This document shows, piece after piece, positions 30,401-47,499 of a stretch of 64,000 nt of DNA. The notes beneath the pieces are model-generated. The model worked only from the letters and a program-made list of their open reading frames with translations, ran no database searches and had not been told where the DNA came from. This stretch comes from Eledone cirrhosa (Eukaryota): assembly GCA_964016885.1 (NCBI GenBank), contig CAXHJY010000105.1, positions 558,001-622,000 of the forward strand, given 5' to 3'. The translations under genes and the position numbers were made by a program. How positions within the stretch are numbered: the stretch's first letter is position 1; each line of letters begins with the position of its first letter.

Positions 30401-33400
30401 GAAGACTTGACCTAACATAACCATACAGAACACTTGACCTAACATAAGGATACAGAACACCTGACCTAACATAAGGATACAGATCACCGGACCTAACGAG
30501 CATACAGAACACCTGACCTAACATAAGGATACAGAACACCTAACCTGACATAAGGATACAGAACACTTGACTTAACGTAAGGATACAGAACACTTGACCT
30601 AACGTAAGGATACAGAACACTTGACCTAACATAAAGATACAAAACCCTTGACCTAACATAAGGATACAGAAGAATTGACCTAACATAAGGATACAGAACC
30701 CTTGACCTGATATAAGGATACAGAACACTTGACCTAACATAAGGATACAGAACACTTGACCTAACATAAGGATACAGAACACCTGACCTAACAAGGATAC
30801 AGAACACTTGACCTAACATAAGGATACAGAACACTTGACCTAACATAAGGATACAGAACACTTGACCTAACATAAGGATACAGAACACCTGACCTAACAA
30901 GGATACAGAACACTTGACCTAACATAAGGATACAGAACACTTGACCTAACATAAGGATACAAAACACTTGACCTAATATAGGGATACAGAACCCTTGACC
31001 TAACATAGGGATACAGAACACTTGACCTAACAAGGATACAGAACCCTTGACCTAACATAAGGATACAGAACACCTGACATAACATAAGGATACAGAACAA
31101 CTTACCTGACATAAGGATACAGAACACTTGACTTAACGTAAGGATACAGAACACTTGACCTAACGTAAGGATACAGAACACTTGACCTAACATAAGGATA
31201 CAAAACCCTTGACCTAACATAAGGATACAGAAGAATTGACCTAACATAAGGATACAGAACCCTTGACCTGACATAAGGATACAGAACACTTGACCTAACA
31301 TAAGGATACAGAACACTTGACCTAACATAAGGATACAGAACACCTGACCTAACAAGGATACAGAACACTTGACCTAACATAAGGATACAGAACACCTGAC
31401 CTAACATAAGGATACAAAACCCTTGACAAAACATAAGGATACAGAACACCTGACCTCACATTAGGATACAGAACACTTGACCTAACATAAGGATACAGAA
31501 CACTTGACCTAACATAAGGATACAGAATACTTGACCTAACATAAGGATACAGAACCCTTGACCTAACGTAAGGATACAAAACACTTGACCTAACATAAGG
31601 ATACAAAACACTTGACCTAACATAGGGATACAGAACCCTTGACCTAACAGGGATACAGAACACTTGACCTAACATAAGGATACAGAACCCTTGACCTAAC
31701 ATAAGGATACAGAACCCTTGACCTAACATAATGATACAGAACACTTGACCTAACATAAGGATACAGAACCCTTGACCTAACGAAAGGATACAAAACACTT
31801 GACCTAACATAAGGATACAAAATACTTGACCTAACATAGGGATACAGAACCCTTGACCTAACATAGGGATACAGAACACTTGACCTAACATAAGGATACA
31901 GAACCCTTGACCTAACATAAGGATACAGAACCCTTGACCTAACATAAGGATACAGAACCCTTGACCTAACATAAGGATACAGAACACTTGACCTAATATA
32001 AGGATACAGAACACTTGACCTAACATAAGGATACAGAACACGTGACCTAACATAAAGATACAGAACACTTGACCTGACATAAGGATACAGAACACATGAC
32101 CTAACATAAGGATACAGAACCCTTGACCTAACAAGGATACAGAACACTTGACCTAACAAAAGGATACAGAACACTTGACCTAACATAAGGATACAGAACA
32201 CTTGACCTAAATATAATGATACAGAACACTTGACCTGACATAAGGATACAGAACACCTGACCTAACATAAGGATACAGAACACTTGACCTAACATAAGGA
32301 TAGGGAACACTTGACCTAACATAAGGATACAGAACCCTTGACCTAACATAAGGATACAGAACACTTGCCCTAACATAAGGATACAGAACACGTGACCTAA
32401 CATAAGGATACAGAACACTTGACCTAAATATAATGATACAGAACACTTGACCTGACATAAGGATACAGAACCCTTGACCTAACATAAGGATACAGAACCC
32501 TTGACCTAAATATAAGGATACAGAACACTTGACCTGACATAAGGATACAGAACAGTTGACCTAACATAAGAATACAGAACACTTGACCTGACATAAGGAT
32601 ACAGAACCCTTGACCTAAATATAAGGATACAGAACACTTGACCTGACATAAGGATACAGAACAGTTGACCTAACATAAGGATACAGAACGCTTGACCTAA
32701 CATAAGGATGCAGAACACTTGACCTAACAAGGATACAGAACACTTGACCTAACATAAGGATACAGAACACTTGACCTAACATAAGGATACAGAACATTTG
32801 ACCTAACATAAGGATACAGAACCCTTGACCTAACATAAGGATACAGAACCCTTGACCAAACATAAGGATACAGAACCCTTGATCTAACATAAGGATACAG
32901 AAGACTTGACCTAACATAACCATACAGAACACTTGACCTAACATAAGGATACAGAACACCTGACCTAACATAAGGATACAGATCACCGGACCTAACGAGC
33001 ATACAGAACACCTGACCTAACATAAGGATACAGAACACCTGACCTGACATAAGGATACAGAACACTTGACTTAACGTAAGGATACAGAACACTTGACCTA
33101 ACGTAAGGATACAGAACACTTGACCCAACATAAGGATACAAAACCCTTGACCTAACATAAGGATACAGAAGAATTGACCTAACATAAGGATACAGAACCC
33201 TTGACCTGACATAAGGATACAGAACACTTGACCTAACATAAGGATACAGAACACTTGACCTAACATAAGGATACAGAACACCTGACCTAACAAGGATACA
33301 GAACACTTGACCTAACATAAGGATACAGAACACCTGACCTAACATAAGGATACAAAACCCTTGACAAAACATAAGGATACAGAACACCTGACCTCACATT

Positions 33401-36400
33401 AGGATACAGAACACTTGACCTAACATAAGGATACAGAACACTTGACCTAACATAAGGATACAGAACACTTGACCTAACATAAGGATACAGAAACATTGAC
33501 CTAACGTAAGGATACAAAACACTTGACCTAACATAAGGATACAAAACACTTGACCTAACATAGGGATACAGAACCCTTGACCTAACAGGGATACAGAACA
33601 CTTGACCTAACATAAGGATACAGAACCCTTGACCTAACATAAGGATACAGAACCCTTGACCTAACAATGATACAGAACACTTGACCTAACATAAGGATAC
33701 AGAACCCTTGACCTAACGTAAGGATACAAAACACTTGACCTAACATAAGGATACAAAATACTTGACCTAACATAGGGATACAGAACCCTTGACCTAACAT
33801 AGGGATACAGAACACTTGACCTAACATAAGGATACAGAACCCTTGACCTAACATAAGGATACAGAACCCTTGACCTAACATAAGGATACAGAACACTTGA
33901 CCTAACATAAGGATACAGAAACTTGACCTAACATAAGGATACAGAACACTTGACCTAATATAAGGATACAGAACACTTGACCTAACATAAGGATACAGAA
34001 CACGTGACCTAACATAAAGATACAGAACACTTGACCTGACATAAGGATACAGAACACATGACCTAACATAAGGATACAGAACCCTTGACCTAACAAGGAT
34101 ACAGAACACTTGACCTAACATAAGGATACAGAACACTTGACCTAACATAAGGATACAGAACACTTGACCTAAATATAATGATACAGAACACTTGACCTGA
34201 CATAAGGATACAGAACACCTGACCTAACATAAGGATACAGAACACTTGACCTAACATAAGGATAGGGAACACTTGACCTAACATAAGGATACAGAACCCT
34301 TGACCTAACATAAGGATACAGAACACTTGCCCTAACAAGGATACAGAACACGTGACCTAACATAAGGATACAGAACACTTGACCTAAATATAATGATACA
34401 GAACACTTGACCTGACATAAGGATACAGAACCCTTGACCTAACATAAGGATACAGAACACTTGCCCTAACATAAGGATACAGAACACGTGACCTAACATA
34501 AGGATACAGAACACTTGACCTAAATATAATGATACAGAACACTTGACCTGACATAAGGATACAGAACCCTTGACCTAAATATAAGGATACAGAACACTTG
34601 ACCTGACATAAGGATACAGAACAGTTGACCTAACATAAGGATACAGAACACTTGACCTGACATAAGGATACAGAACCCTTGACCTAAATATAAGGATACA
34701 GAACACTTGACCTGACATAAGGATACAGAACAGTTGACCTAACATAAGGATACAGAACCCTTGACCTAACATAAGGATGCAGAACACTTGACCTAACAAG
34801 GATACAGAACACTTGACCTAACATAAGGATACAGAACACTTGACCTAACATAAGGATACAGAACATTTGACCTAAATATAATGATACAGAACACTTGACC
34901 TGACATAAGGATACAGAACCCTTGACCTAACATAAGGATACAGAACCCTTGACCTAAATATAAGGATACAGAACACTTGACCTGACATAAGGATACAGAA
35001 CAGTTGACCTAACATAAGGATACAGAACACTTGACCTGACATAAGGATACAGAACCCTTGACCTAAATATAAGGATACAGAACACTTGACCTGACATAAG
35101 GATACAGAACAGTTGACCTAACATAAGGATACAGAACCCTTGACCTAACATAAGGATGCAGAACACTTGACCTAACAAGGATACAGAACACTTGACCTAA
35201 CATAAGGATACAGAACACTTCACCTAACATAAGGATACAGAACATTTGACCTGACATAAGGATACAGAACACTTGACCTAACATAAGGATACAGAACATT
35301 TGACCTAACATAAGGATACAGAACCCTTGACCTAACATAAGGATACAGAACCCTTGACCTAACATAAGGATACAGAACCCTTGATCTAACATAAGGATAC
35401 AGAAGACTTGACCTAACATAAGGATACAGAACATTTGACCTAACATAAGGATACAGAACCCTTGACCTAACATAAGGATACAGAACCCTTGACCTAACAT
35501 AAGGATACAGAACCCTTGATCTAACATAAGGATACAGAACACTTGACCTAACATAAGGATACAGAACATTTGACCTAACATAAGGATACAGAACCCTTGA
35601 CCTAACATAAGGATACAGAACCCTTGACCTAACATAAGGATACAGAACCCTTGATCTAACATAAGGATACAGAAGACTTGACCTAACATAACCATACAGA
35701 ACACTTGACCTAACATAAGGATACAGAACACCTGACCTAACATAAGGATACAGATCACCGGACCTAACGAGCATACAGAACACCTGACCTAACATAAGGA
35801 TACAGAACACCTGACCTGACATAAGGATACAGAACACTTGACTTAACGTAAGGATACAGAACACTTGACCTAACGTAAGGATACAGAACACTTGACCTAA
35901 CATAAGGATACAAAACCCTTGACCTAACATAAGGATACAGAAGAATTGACCTAACATAAGGATACAGAACCCTTGACCTGACATAAGGATACAGAACACT
36001 TGACCTAACATAAGGATACAGAACACTTGACCTAACATAAGGATACAGAACACCTGACCTAACAAGGATACAGAACACTTGACCTAACATAAGGATACAG
36101 AACACCTGACCTAACATAAGGATACAAAACCCTTGACAAAACATAAGGATACAGAACACCTGACCTCACATTAGGATACAGAACACTTGACCTAACATAA
36201 GGATACAGAACACTTGACCTAACATAAGGATACAGAACACTTGACCTAACATAAGGATACAGAAACCTTGACCTAACGTAAGGATACAAAACACTTGACC
36301 TAACATAAGGATACAAAACACTTGACCTAACATAGGGATACAGAACCCTTGACCTAACAGGGATACAGAACACTTGACCTAACATAAGGATACAGAACCC

Positions 36401-39400
36401 TTGACCTAACATAAGGATACAGAACACTTGACCTAACATAAGGATACAGAACACTTGACCTAACATAAGGATACAGAACACCTGACCTAACAAGGATACA
36501 GAACACTTGACCTAACATAAGGATACAGAACACTTGACCTCACATAAGGATACAGAACCCTTGACCTAACGTAAGGATACAAAACACTTGACCTAACATA
36601 AGGATACAAAATACTTGACCTAACATAGGGATACAGAACCCTTGACCTAACATAGGGATACAGAACACTTGACCTAACATAAGGATACAGAACCCTTGAC
36701 CTAACATAAGGATACAGAACCCTTGACCTAACATAAGGATACAGAACACTTGACCTAACATAAGGATACAGAAACTTGACCTAACATAAGGATACAGAAC
36801 ACTTGACCTAATATAAGGATACAGAACACTTGACCTAACATAAGGATACAGAACACGTGACCTAACATAAAGATACAGAACACTTGACCTGACATAAGGA
36901 TACAGAACACATGACCTAACATAAGGATACAGAACCCTTGACCTAACAAGGATACAGAACACTTGACCTAACATAAGGATACAGAACACTTGACCTAACA
37001 TAAGGATACAGAACACTTAACCTAAATATAATGATACAGAACACTTGACCTGACATAAGGATACAGAACACCTGACCTAACATAAGGATACAGAACACTT
37101 GACCTAACATAAGGATAGGGAACACTTGACCTAACATAAGGATACAGAACCCTTGACCTAACATAAGGATACAGAACACTTGCCCTAACATAAGGATACA
37201 GAACACGTGACCTAACATAAGGATACAGAACACTTGACCTAAATATAATGATACAGAACACTTGACCTGACATAAGGATACAGAACCCTTGACCTAACAT
37301 AAGGATACAGAACCCTTGACCTAAATATAAGGATACAGAACACTTGACCTGACATAAGGATACAGAACAGTTGACCTAACATAAGGATACAGAACACTTG
37401 ACCTGACATAAGGATACAGAACCCTTGACCTAAATATAAGGATACAGAACACTTGACCTGACATAAGGATACAGAACAGTTGACCTAACATAAGGATACA
37501 GAACCCTTGACCTAACATAAGGATGCAGAACACTTGACCTAACAAGGATACAGAACACTTGACCTAACATAAGGATACAGAACACTTGACCTAACATAAG
37601 GATACAGAACATTTGACCTAACATAAGGATACAGAACCCTTGACCTAACATAAGGATACAGAACCCTTGACCAAACATAAGGATACAGAACCCTTGATCT
37701 AACATAAGGATACAGAAGACTTGACCTAACATAACCATACAGAACACTTGACCTAACATAAGGATACAGAACACCTGACCTAACATAAGGATACAGATCA
37801 CCGGACCTAACGAGCATACAGAACACCTGACCTAACATAAGGATACAGAACACCTGACCTGACATAAGGATACAGAACACTTGACTTAACGTAAGGATAC
37901 AGAACACTTGACCTAACGTAAGGATACAGAACACTTGACCTAACATAAGGATACAAAACCCTTGACCTAACATAAGGATACAGAAGAATTGACCTAACAT
38001 AAGGATACAGAACCCTTGACCTGACATAAGGATACAGAACACTTGACCTAACATAAGGATACAGAACACTTGACCTAACATAAGGATACAGAACACCTGA
38101 CCTAACAAGGATACAGAACACTTGACCTAACATAAGGATACAGAACACCTGACCTAACATAAGGATACAAAACCCTTGACAAAACATAAGGATACAGAAC
38201 ACCTGACCTCACATTAGGATACAGAACACTTGACCTAACATAAGGATACAGAACACTTGACCTAACATAAGGATACAGAACACTTGACCTAACATAAGGA
38301 TACAGAAACCTTGACCTAACGTAAGGATACAAAACACTTGACCTAACATAAGGATACAAAACACTTGACCTAACATAGGGATACAGAACCCTTGACCTAA
38401 CAGGGATACAGAACACTTGACCTAACATAAGGATACAGAACCCTTGACCTAACATAAGGATACAGAACCCTTGACCTAACAATGATACAGAACACTTGAC
38501 CTAACATAAGGATACAGAACCCTTGACCTAACGTAAGGATACAAAACACTTGACCTAACATAAGGATACAAAATACTTGACCTAACATAGGGATACAGAA
38601 CCCTTGACCTAACATAGGGATACAGAACACTTGACCTAACATAAGGATACAGAACCCTTGACCTAACATAAGGATACAGAACCCTTGACCTAACATAAGG
38701 ATACAGAACACTTGACCTAACATAAGGATACAGAAACTTGACCTAACATAAGGATACAGAACACTTGACCTAATATAAGGATACAGAACACTTGACCTAA
38801 CATAAGGATACAGAACACTTGACCTGACATAAGGATACAGAACACATGACCTAACATAAGGATACAGAACCCTTGACCTAACAAGGATACAGAACACTTG
38901 ACCTAACATAAGGATACAGAACACTTGACCTAACATAAGGATACAGAACACTTGACCTAAATATAATGATACAGAACACTTGACCTGACATAAGGATACA
39001 GAACACCTGACCTAACATAAGGATACAGAACACTTGACCTAACATAAGGATAGGGAACACTTGACCTAACATAAGGATACAGAACCCTTGACCTAACATA
39101 AGGATACAGAACACTTGCCCTAACATAAGGATACAGAACACGTGACCTAACATAAGGATACAGAACACTTGACCTAAATATAATGATACAGAACACTTGA
39201 CCTGACATAAGGATACAGAACCCTTGACCTAACATAAGGATACAGAACACTTGCCCTAACATAAGGATACAGAACACGTGACCTAACATAAGGATACAGA
39301 ACACTTGACCTAAATATAATGATACAGAACACTTGACCTGACATAAGGATACAGAACCCTTGACCTAAATATAAGGATACAGAACACTTGACCTGACATA

Positions 39401-42400
39401 AGGATACAGAACAGTTGACCTAACATAAGGATACAGAACACTTGACCTGACATAAGGATACAGAACCCTTGACCTAAATATAAGGATACAGAACACTTGA
39501 CCTGACATAAGGATACAGAACAGTTGACCTAACATAAGGATACAGAACCCTTGACCTAACATAAGGATGCAGAACACTTGACCTAACAAGGATACAGAAC
39601 ACTTGACCTAACATAAGGATACAGAACACTTGACCTAACATAAGGATACAGAACATTTGACCTAAATATAATGATACAGAACACTTGACCTGACATAAGG
39701 ATACAGAACCCTTGACCTAACATAGGGATACAGAACCCTTGACCTAAATATAAGGATACAGAACACTTGACCTGACATAAGGATACAGAACAGTTGACCT
39801 AACATAAGGATACAGAACACTTGACCTGACATAAGGATACAGAACCCTTGACCTAAATATAAGGATACAGAACACTTGACCTGACATAAGGATACAGAAC
39901 AGTTGACCTAACATAAGGATACAGAACCCTTGACCTAACATAAGGATGCAGAACACTTGACCTAACAAGGATACAGAACACTTGACCTAACATAAGGATA
40001 CAGAACACTTGACCTAACATAAGGATACAGAACATTTGACCTAACATAAGGATACAGAACCCTTGACCTAACATAAGGATACAGAACCCTTGACCTAACA
40101 TAAGGATACAGAACCCTTGATCTAACATAAGGATACAGAAGACTTGACCTAACATAACCATACAGAACACTTGACCTAACATAAGGATACAGAACACCTG
40201 ACCTAACATAAGGATACAGATCACCGGACCTAACGAGCATACAGAACACCTGACCTAACATAAGGATACAGAACACCTGACCTGACATAAGGATACAGAA
40301 CACTTGACTTAACGTAAGGATACAGAACACTTGACCTAACGTAAGGATACAGAACACTTGACCTAACATAAGGATACAAAACCCTTGACCTAACATAAGG
40401 ATACAGAAGAATTGACCTAACAAGGATACAGAACCCTTGACCTGACATAAGGATACAGAACACTTGACCTAACATAAGGATACAGAACACTTGACCTAAC
40501 ATAAGGATACAGAACACCTGACCTAACAAGGATACAGAACACTTGACCTAACATAAGGATACAGAACACCTGACCTAACATAAGGATACAAAACCCTTGA
40601 CAAAACATAAGGATACAGAACACCTGACCTCACATTAGGATACAGAACACTTGACCTAACATAAGGATACAGAACACTTGACCTAACATAAGGATACAGA
40701 ACACTTGACCTAACATAAGGATACAGAAACCTTGACCTAACGTAAGGATACAAAACACTTGACCTAACATAAGGATACAAAACACTTGACCTAACATAGG
40801 GATACAGAACCCTTGACCTAACAGGGATACAGAACACTTGACCTAACATAAGGATACAGAACCCTTGACCTAACATAAGGATACAGAACCCTTGACCTAA
40901 CAATGATACAGAACACTTGACCTAACATAAGGATACAGAACCCTTGACCTAACGTAAGGATACAAAACACTTGACCTAACATAAGGATACAAAATACTTG
41001 ACCTAACATAGGGATACAGAACCCTTGACCTAACATAGGGATACAGAACACTTGACCTAACATAAGGATACAGAACCCTTGACCTAACATAAGGATACAG
41101 AACCCTTGACCTAACATAAGGATACAGAACACTTGACCTAACATAAGGATACAGAAACTTGACCTAACATAAGGATACAGAACACTTGACCTAATATAAG
41201 GATACAGAACACTTGACCTAACATAAGGATACAGAACACGTGACCTAACATAAAGATACAGAACACTTGACCTGACATAAGGATACAGAACACATGACCT
41301 AACATAAGGATACAGAACCCTTGACCTAACAAGGATACAGAACACTTGACCTAACATAAGGATACAGAACACTTGACCTAACATAAGGATACAGAACACT
41401 TAACCTAAATATAATGATACAGAACACTTGACCTGACATAAGGATACAGAACACCTGACCTAACATAAGGATACAGAACACTTGACCTAACATAAGGATA
41501 GGGAACACTTGACCTAACATAAGGATACAGAACCCTTGACCTAACATAAGGATACAGAACACTTGCCCTAACATAAGGATACAGAACACGTGACCTAACA
41601 TAAGGATACAGAACACTTGACCTAAATATAATGATACAGAACACTTGACCTGACATAAGGATACAGAACCCTTGACCTAACATAAGGATACAGAACCCTT
41701 GACCTAAATATAAGGATACAGAACACTTGACCTGACATAAGGATACAGAACAGTTGACCTAACATAAGGATACAGAACACTTGACCTGACATAAGGATAC
41801 AGAACCCTTGACCTAAATATAAGGATACAGAACACTTGACCTGACATAAGGATACAGAACAGTTGACCTAACATAAGGATACAGAACCCTTGACCTAACA
41901 TAAGGATGCAGAACACTTGACCTAACAAGGATACAGAACACTTGACCTAACATAAGGATACAGAACCCTTGACCTAACATAAGGATACAGAACCCTTGAC
42001 CTAACATAAGGATACAGAACCCTTGATCTAACATAAGGATACAGAAGACTTGACCTAACATAACCATACAGAACACTTGACCTAACATAAGGATACAGAA
42101 CACCTGACCTAACATAAGGATACAGATCACCGGACCTAACGAGCATACAGAACACCTGACCTAACATAAGGATACAGAACACCTGACCTGACATAAGGAT
42201 ACAGAACACTTGACTTAACGTAAGGATACAGAACACTTGACCTAACGTAAGGATACAGAACACTTGACCTAACATAAGGATACAAAACCCTTGACCTAAC
42301 ATAAGGATACAGAAGAATTGACCTAACATAAGGATACAAAACCCTTGACCTGATATAAGGCTACAGAACACTTGACCTAACATAAGGATACAGAACACTT
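27500..42400. repeat. Array domain B: 1.5-2.8 kb higher-order units rich in 28-bp CCTAAATATAA(G/T)GAT, ACAGTTG, GGATGCAG and GATAGGGAAC variants
   Basis: ORF offsets are 1509 (28120/29629), 2499 (29629/32128), 2421 (38102/40523), 4815 (32724/37539) and 4383 (36943/41326). Confidence 0.87.
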
Positions 42401-45400
42401 GACCTAACATAAGGATACAGAACACCTGACCTAACAAGGATACAGAACACTTGACCTAACATAAGGATACAGAACACTTGACCTAACATAAGGATACAGA
42501 ACACTTGACCTAACATAAGGATACAGAACACCTGACCTAACAAGGATACAGAACACTTGACCTAACATAAGGATACAGAACACTTGACCTAACATAAGGA
42601 TACAGAACACTTGACCTAACATAAGGATACAGAACCCTTGACCTAACGTAAGGATACAAAACACTTGACCTAACATAAGGATACAAAACACTTGACCTAA
42701 CATAGGGATACAGAACCCTTGACCTAACATAGGGATACAGAACACTTGACCTAACAAGGATACAGAACCCTTGACCTAACAAGGATACAGAACCCTTGAG
42801 CTAACAATGATACAGAACACTTGACCTAACATAAGGATACAGTACCCTTGACCTAACGTAAGGATACAAAACACTTGACCTAACATAAGGATACAAAATA
42901 CTTGACCTAACATAGGGATACAGAATCCTTGACCTAACATAGGGATACAGAACACTTGACCTAACATAAGGATACAGAACCCTTGACCTAACATAAGGAT
43001 ACAGAACCCTTGACCTAACATAAGGATACAGAACACGTGACCTAACAAAGATACAGAACACTTGACCTGACATAAGAGATACAGAACCCTTGACCTAACA
43101 AGGATACAGAACACTTGACCTAACATAAGGATACAGAACACTTCACCTAACATAAGGATACAGAACCCTTGACCTAACATAAGGATACAGAACACTTGAC
43201 CTAACATAAGGATACAGAACACGTGACCTAACTTAAGGATACAGAACATTTGACCTAAATATAAGGATACAGAACCCTTGACCTGACATAAGGATACAGA
43301 ACACTTGACCTAACATAAGGATACAGAACTCTTGACCTAACATAGGGATACAGAACACTTGACCCAACATAAGGATACAGAACACTTGACCTAACATAAG
43401 GATACAGAACACTTCACCTAACATAAGGATACAGAAGACATGATCTGACATAAGGATACAGAACACTTGACCTAACATAAGGATACAGAACACTTGACCT
43501 AACATAAGGATACAGAACACTTGACCTAAATATAAGGATACAGAACACTTGACCCAACATAAGGATACAGAACAGTTGACCTAACATAAGGATGCAGAAC
43601 ACTTGACCTAACATAAGGATACAGAACACTTGACCTAACATAAGGATACAGAACACTTGACCTAACATAAGGATACAGAACTCTTGACCTAACATAGGGA
43701 TACAGAACACTTGACCCAACATAAGGATACAGAACACTTGACCTAACATAAGGATACAGAACACTTCACCTAACATAAGGATACAGAAGACATGATCTGA
43801 CATAAGGATACAGAACACTTGACCTAACATAAGGATACAGAACACTTGACCTAACATAAGGATACAGAACACTTGACCTAAATATAAGGATACAGAACAC
43901 TTGACCCAACATAAGGATACAGAACAGTTGACCTAACATAAGGATGCAGAACACTTGACCTAACATAAGGATACAGAACACTTGACCTAACATAAGGATA
44001 CAGAACACTTGACCTAACATAAGGATACAAAAGAATTGACCTAACATAAGGATACAGAACCCTTGACCTGACATAAGGATACAGAACACTTGACCTAACA
44101 TAAGGATACAGAACACTTGACCTAACATAAGGATACATAACACCTGACTTAACAAGGATACAGAACACTTGACCTAACATAAGGATACAGAACCCATGAC
44201 CTAACATAAGGATACAGAACACCTGACCTCACATTAGGATACAGAACACTTGACCTAACATAAGGATACAGAACACTTCACCTAACATAAGGATACAGAA
44301 CACTTGACCTAACGTAAGGATACAAAACACTTGACCTAACATAAGGATACAGAACACTTGACTTAACATAAGGATACAGAACACTTGACCTAACGTAAGG
44401 ATACAAAACACTTGACCTAACATAAGGATACAAAACACTTGACTTAACATAAGGATACAGAACACTTGACCTAACATGAGGATACAGAACACCTGACCTA
44501 ACATAAGGATACAGAACACTTGACCTAACATAAGCATACAGAACCCTTGACCTAACATAAGGATACAGAACACATGACCTAACAAGGATACAGAATGCTT
44601 GACCTAACATAAGGATCCAGAACCGTTGACCTAACATAAGGATACAGAACCCTTGACCTGACATAAGGATACAGAACACTTGTCCTAACATAAAGGATAC
44701 AGAACCCTTGACCTAACATAAGGATACAGAACCCTTGACCTAACATAAGGATACACAACACTTGACCTTACATAAGGATACAGAACACTTGACCTAACAT
44801 AAGGATACAGAACCCTTGACCTAACATAAGGATACAGAACACTTGACCTAACATAAAGGATACAGAACCCTTGACCTAACATAAGGATACAGAACCCTTG
44901 ACCTAACATAAGGATACAGAACCCTTGACCTAAATATAAGGATACAGAACCCTTGACCTAACATAAGGATACAGAACACATGACCTAACATAGGGATACA
45001 GAAGACTTGACCTAACATAACCATATAGAACCCTTGACCTAACATAAGGATACAGAACCCTTGACCTAACATAAGGATACAGAACCCTTGACCTAACATA
45101 AGATACAGAACCCTTGACCTAACATAAGGATACAGAACCCTTGATCTAACATAAGGATACAGAAGACTTGACCTAACATAACCATATAGAACCCTTGACC
45201 TAACATAAGGATACAGAACCCTTGACCTAACATAAGGATACAGAACCCTTGACCTAACATAAGGATACAGAACACTTGACCTAACATAAGGATACAGAAC
45301 ACTTGACCTAATATAAGGATACAGAACACTTGACCTAACATAAGGATACAGAACACGTGACCTAACATAAAGATACAGAACACTTGACCTGACATAAGGA

Positions 45401-47100
45401 TACAGAACCCTTGACCTAACAAGGATACAGAACACTTGACCTAACATAAGGATAGGGAACACTTGACCTAACATAAGGATACAGAACCCTTGACCTAACA
45501 TAAGGATACAGAACACTTGCCCTAACATAAGGATACAGAACACGTGACCTAACAAGGATACAGAACACTTGACCTAAATATAATGATACAGAACACTTGA
45601 CCTGACATAAGGATACAGAACCCTTGACCTAACAAGGATACAGAACACTTGACCTAACATAAGGATACAGAACCCTTGACCTAACATAAGGATACAGAAC
45701 CCTTGACCTAACATAAGGATACAGAACCCTTGATCTAACATAAGGATACAGAAGACTTGACCTAACATAACCATACAGAACACTTGACCTAACATAAGGA
45801 TACAGAACACCTGACCTAACATAAGGATACAGATCACCGGACCTAACGAGCATACAGAACACCTGACCTAACATAAGGATACAGAACACCTGACCTGACA
45901 AGGATACAGAACACTTGACCTAACATAAGGATACAGAACACTTGACCTAACATAAGGATACAGAACACTTGACCTAACATAAGGATACAGAACACTTGAC
46001 TTAACGTAAGGATACAGAACACTTGACCTAACGTAAGGATACAGAACACTTGACCTAACATAAGGATACAAAACCCTTGACCTAACATAAGGATACAGAA
46101 AAATTGACCTAACATAAGGATACAGAACCCTTGACCTGATATAAGAATACAGAACACTTGACCTAACATAAGGATACAGAACACCTGACCTAACAAGGAT
46201 ACAGAACACTTGACCTAACATAAGGATACAGAACACTTGACCTAACATAAGGATACAGAACACTTGACCTAACATAAGGATACAGAACACCTGACCCAAC
46301 AAGGATACAGAACACTTGACCTAACATAAGGATACAGAACACTTGACCTAACATAAGGATACAGAACACTTGACCTAACATAAGGATACAGAACCCTTGA
46401 CCTAACGTAAGGATACAAAACACTTGACCTAACATAAGGATACAAAACACTTGACCTAACATAGGGATACAGAACCCTTGACCTAACATAGGGATACAGA
46501 ACACTTGACCTAACAAGGATACAGAACCCTTGACCTAACATAAGGATACAGAACCCTTGAGCTAACAATGATACAGAACCCTTGACCTAACATAGGGATA
46601 CAGAACCCTTGACCTAACATAAGGATACAGAACACTTGACCTAATATAAGGATACAGAACATTTGACCTAACATAAGGATACAGAACACGTGACCTAACA
46701 AAGATACAGAACACTTGACCTGACATAAGAGATACTGAACCCTTGACCTAACAAGGATACAGAACACTTGACCTAACATAAGGATACAGAACACTTGACC
46801 TAACATAAGGATACAGAACCCTTGACCTAACATAAGGATACAGAACACTTGACCTAACATAAGGATACAGAACACGTGACCTAACTTAAGGATACAGAAC
46901 ACTTGACCTAAATATAAGGATACAGAACCCTTGACCTGACATAGGGATACAGAACACTTGACCCAACATAAGGATACAGAACACTTGACCTAACATAAGG
47001 ATACAGAACACTTCACCTAACATAAGGATACAGAACACTTGACCTAACATAAGGATACAGAAGACATGACCTGACATAAGGATACAGAACACTTGACCTA
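42400..47100. repeat. Array domain C: heterogeneous transition zone with many rare variants
   Basis: Rare variants include AGACATGATCTG, GATCCAGAACCGTTG, TGTCCT, AATGCTTG and CCATATAG. The zone shares modules with both domain B and domain D. Confidence 0.7.
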
Positions 47101-47499
47101 ACATAAGGATACAGAACACTTGACCTAACATCAGGATACAGAACACTTGACCTAAATATAAGGATACAGAACACTTGACCGAACATAAGGATACAGAACA
47201 GTTGACCTAACATAAGGATGCAGAACACTTGACCTAACATAAGGATACAGAACACATGACCTAACATAAGGATACTGAACACTTCACCTAACATAAGGAT
47301 ACAGAACACTTGACCTAACATAAGGATACAGAAGACATGACCTGACATAAGGATACAGAACACTTGACCTAACATAAGGATACAGAACACTTGACCTGAC
47401 ATAAGGATACAGAACACTTGACCTAAATATAAGGATACAGAACACTTGACCCAACATAAGGATACAGAACAGTTGACCTAACATAAGGATGCAGAACAC

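Noticed and set aside
47090-47140. YPY/YPDV peptides resembling the HA tag (YPYDVPDYA)
   Set aside because: Only 3-4 residues match, by chance. Nothing suggests a synthetic construct.
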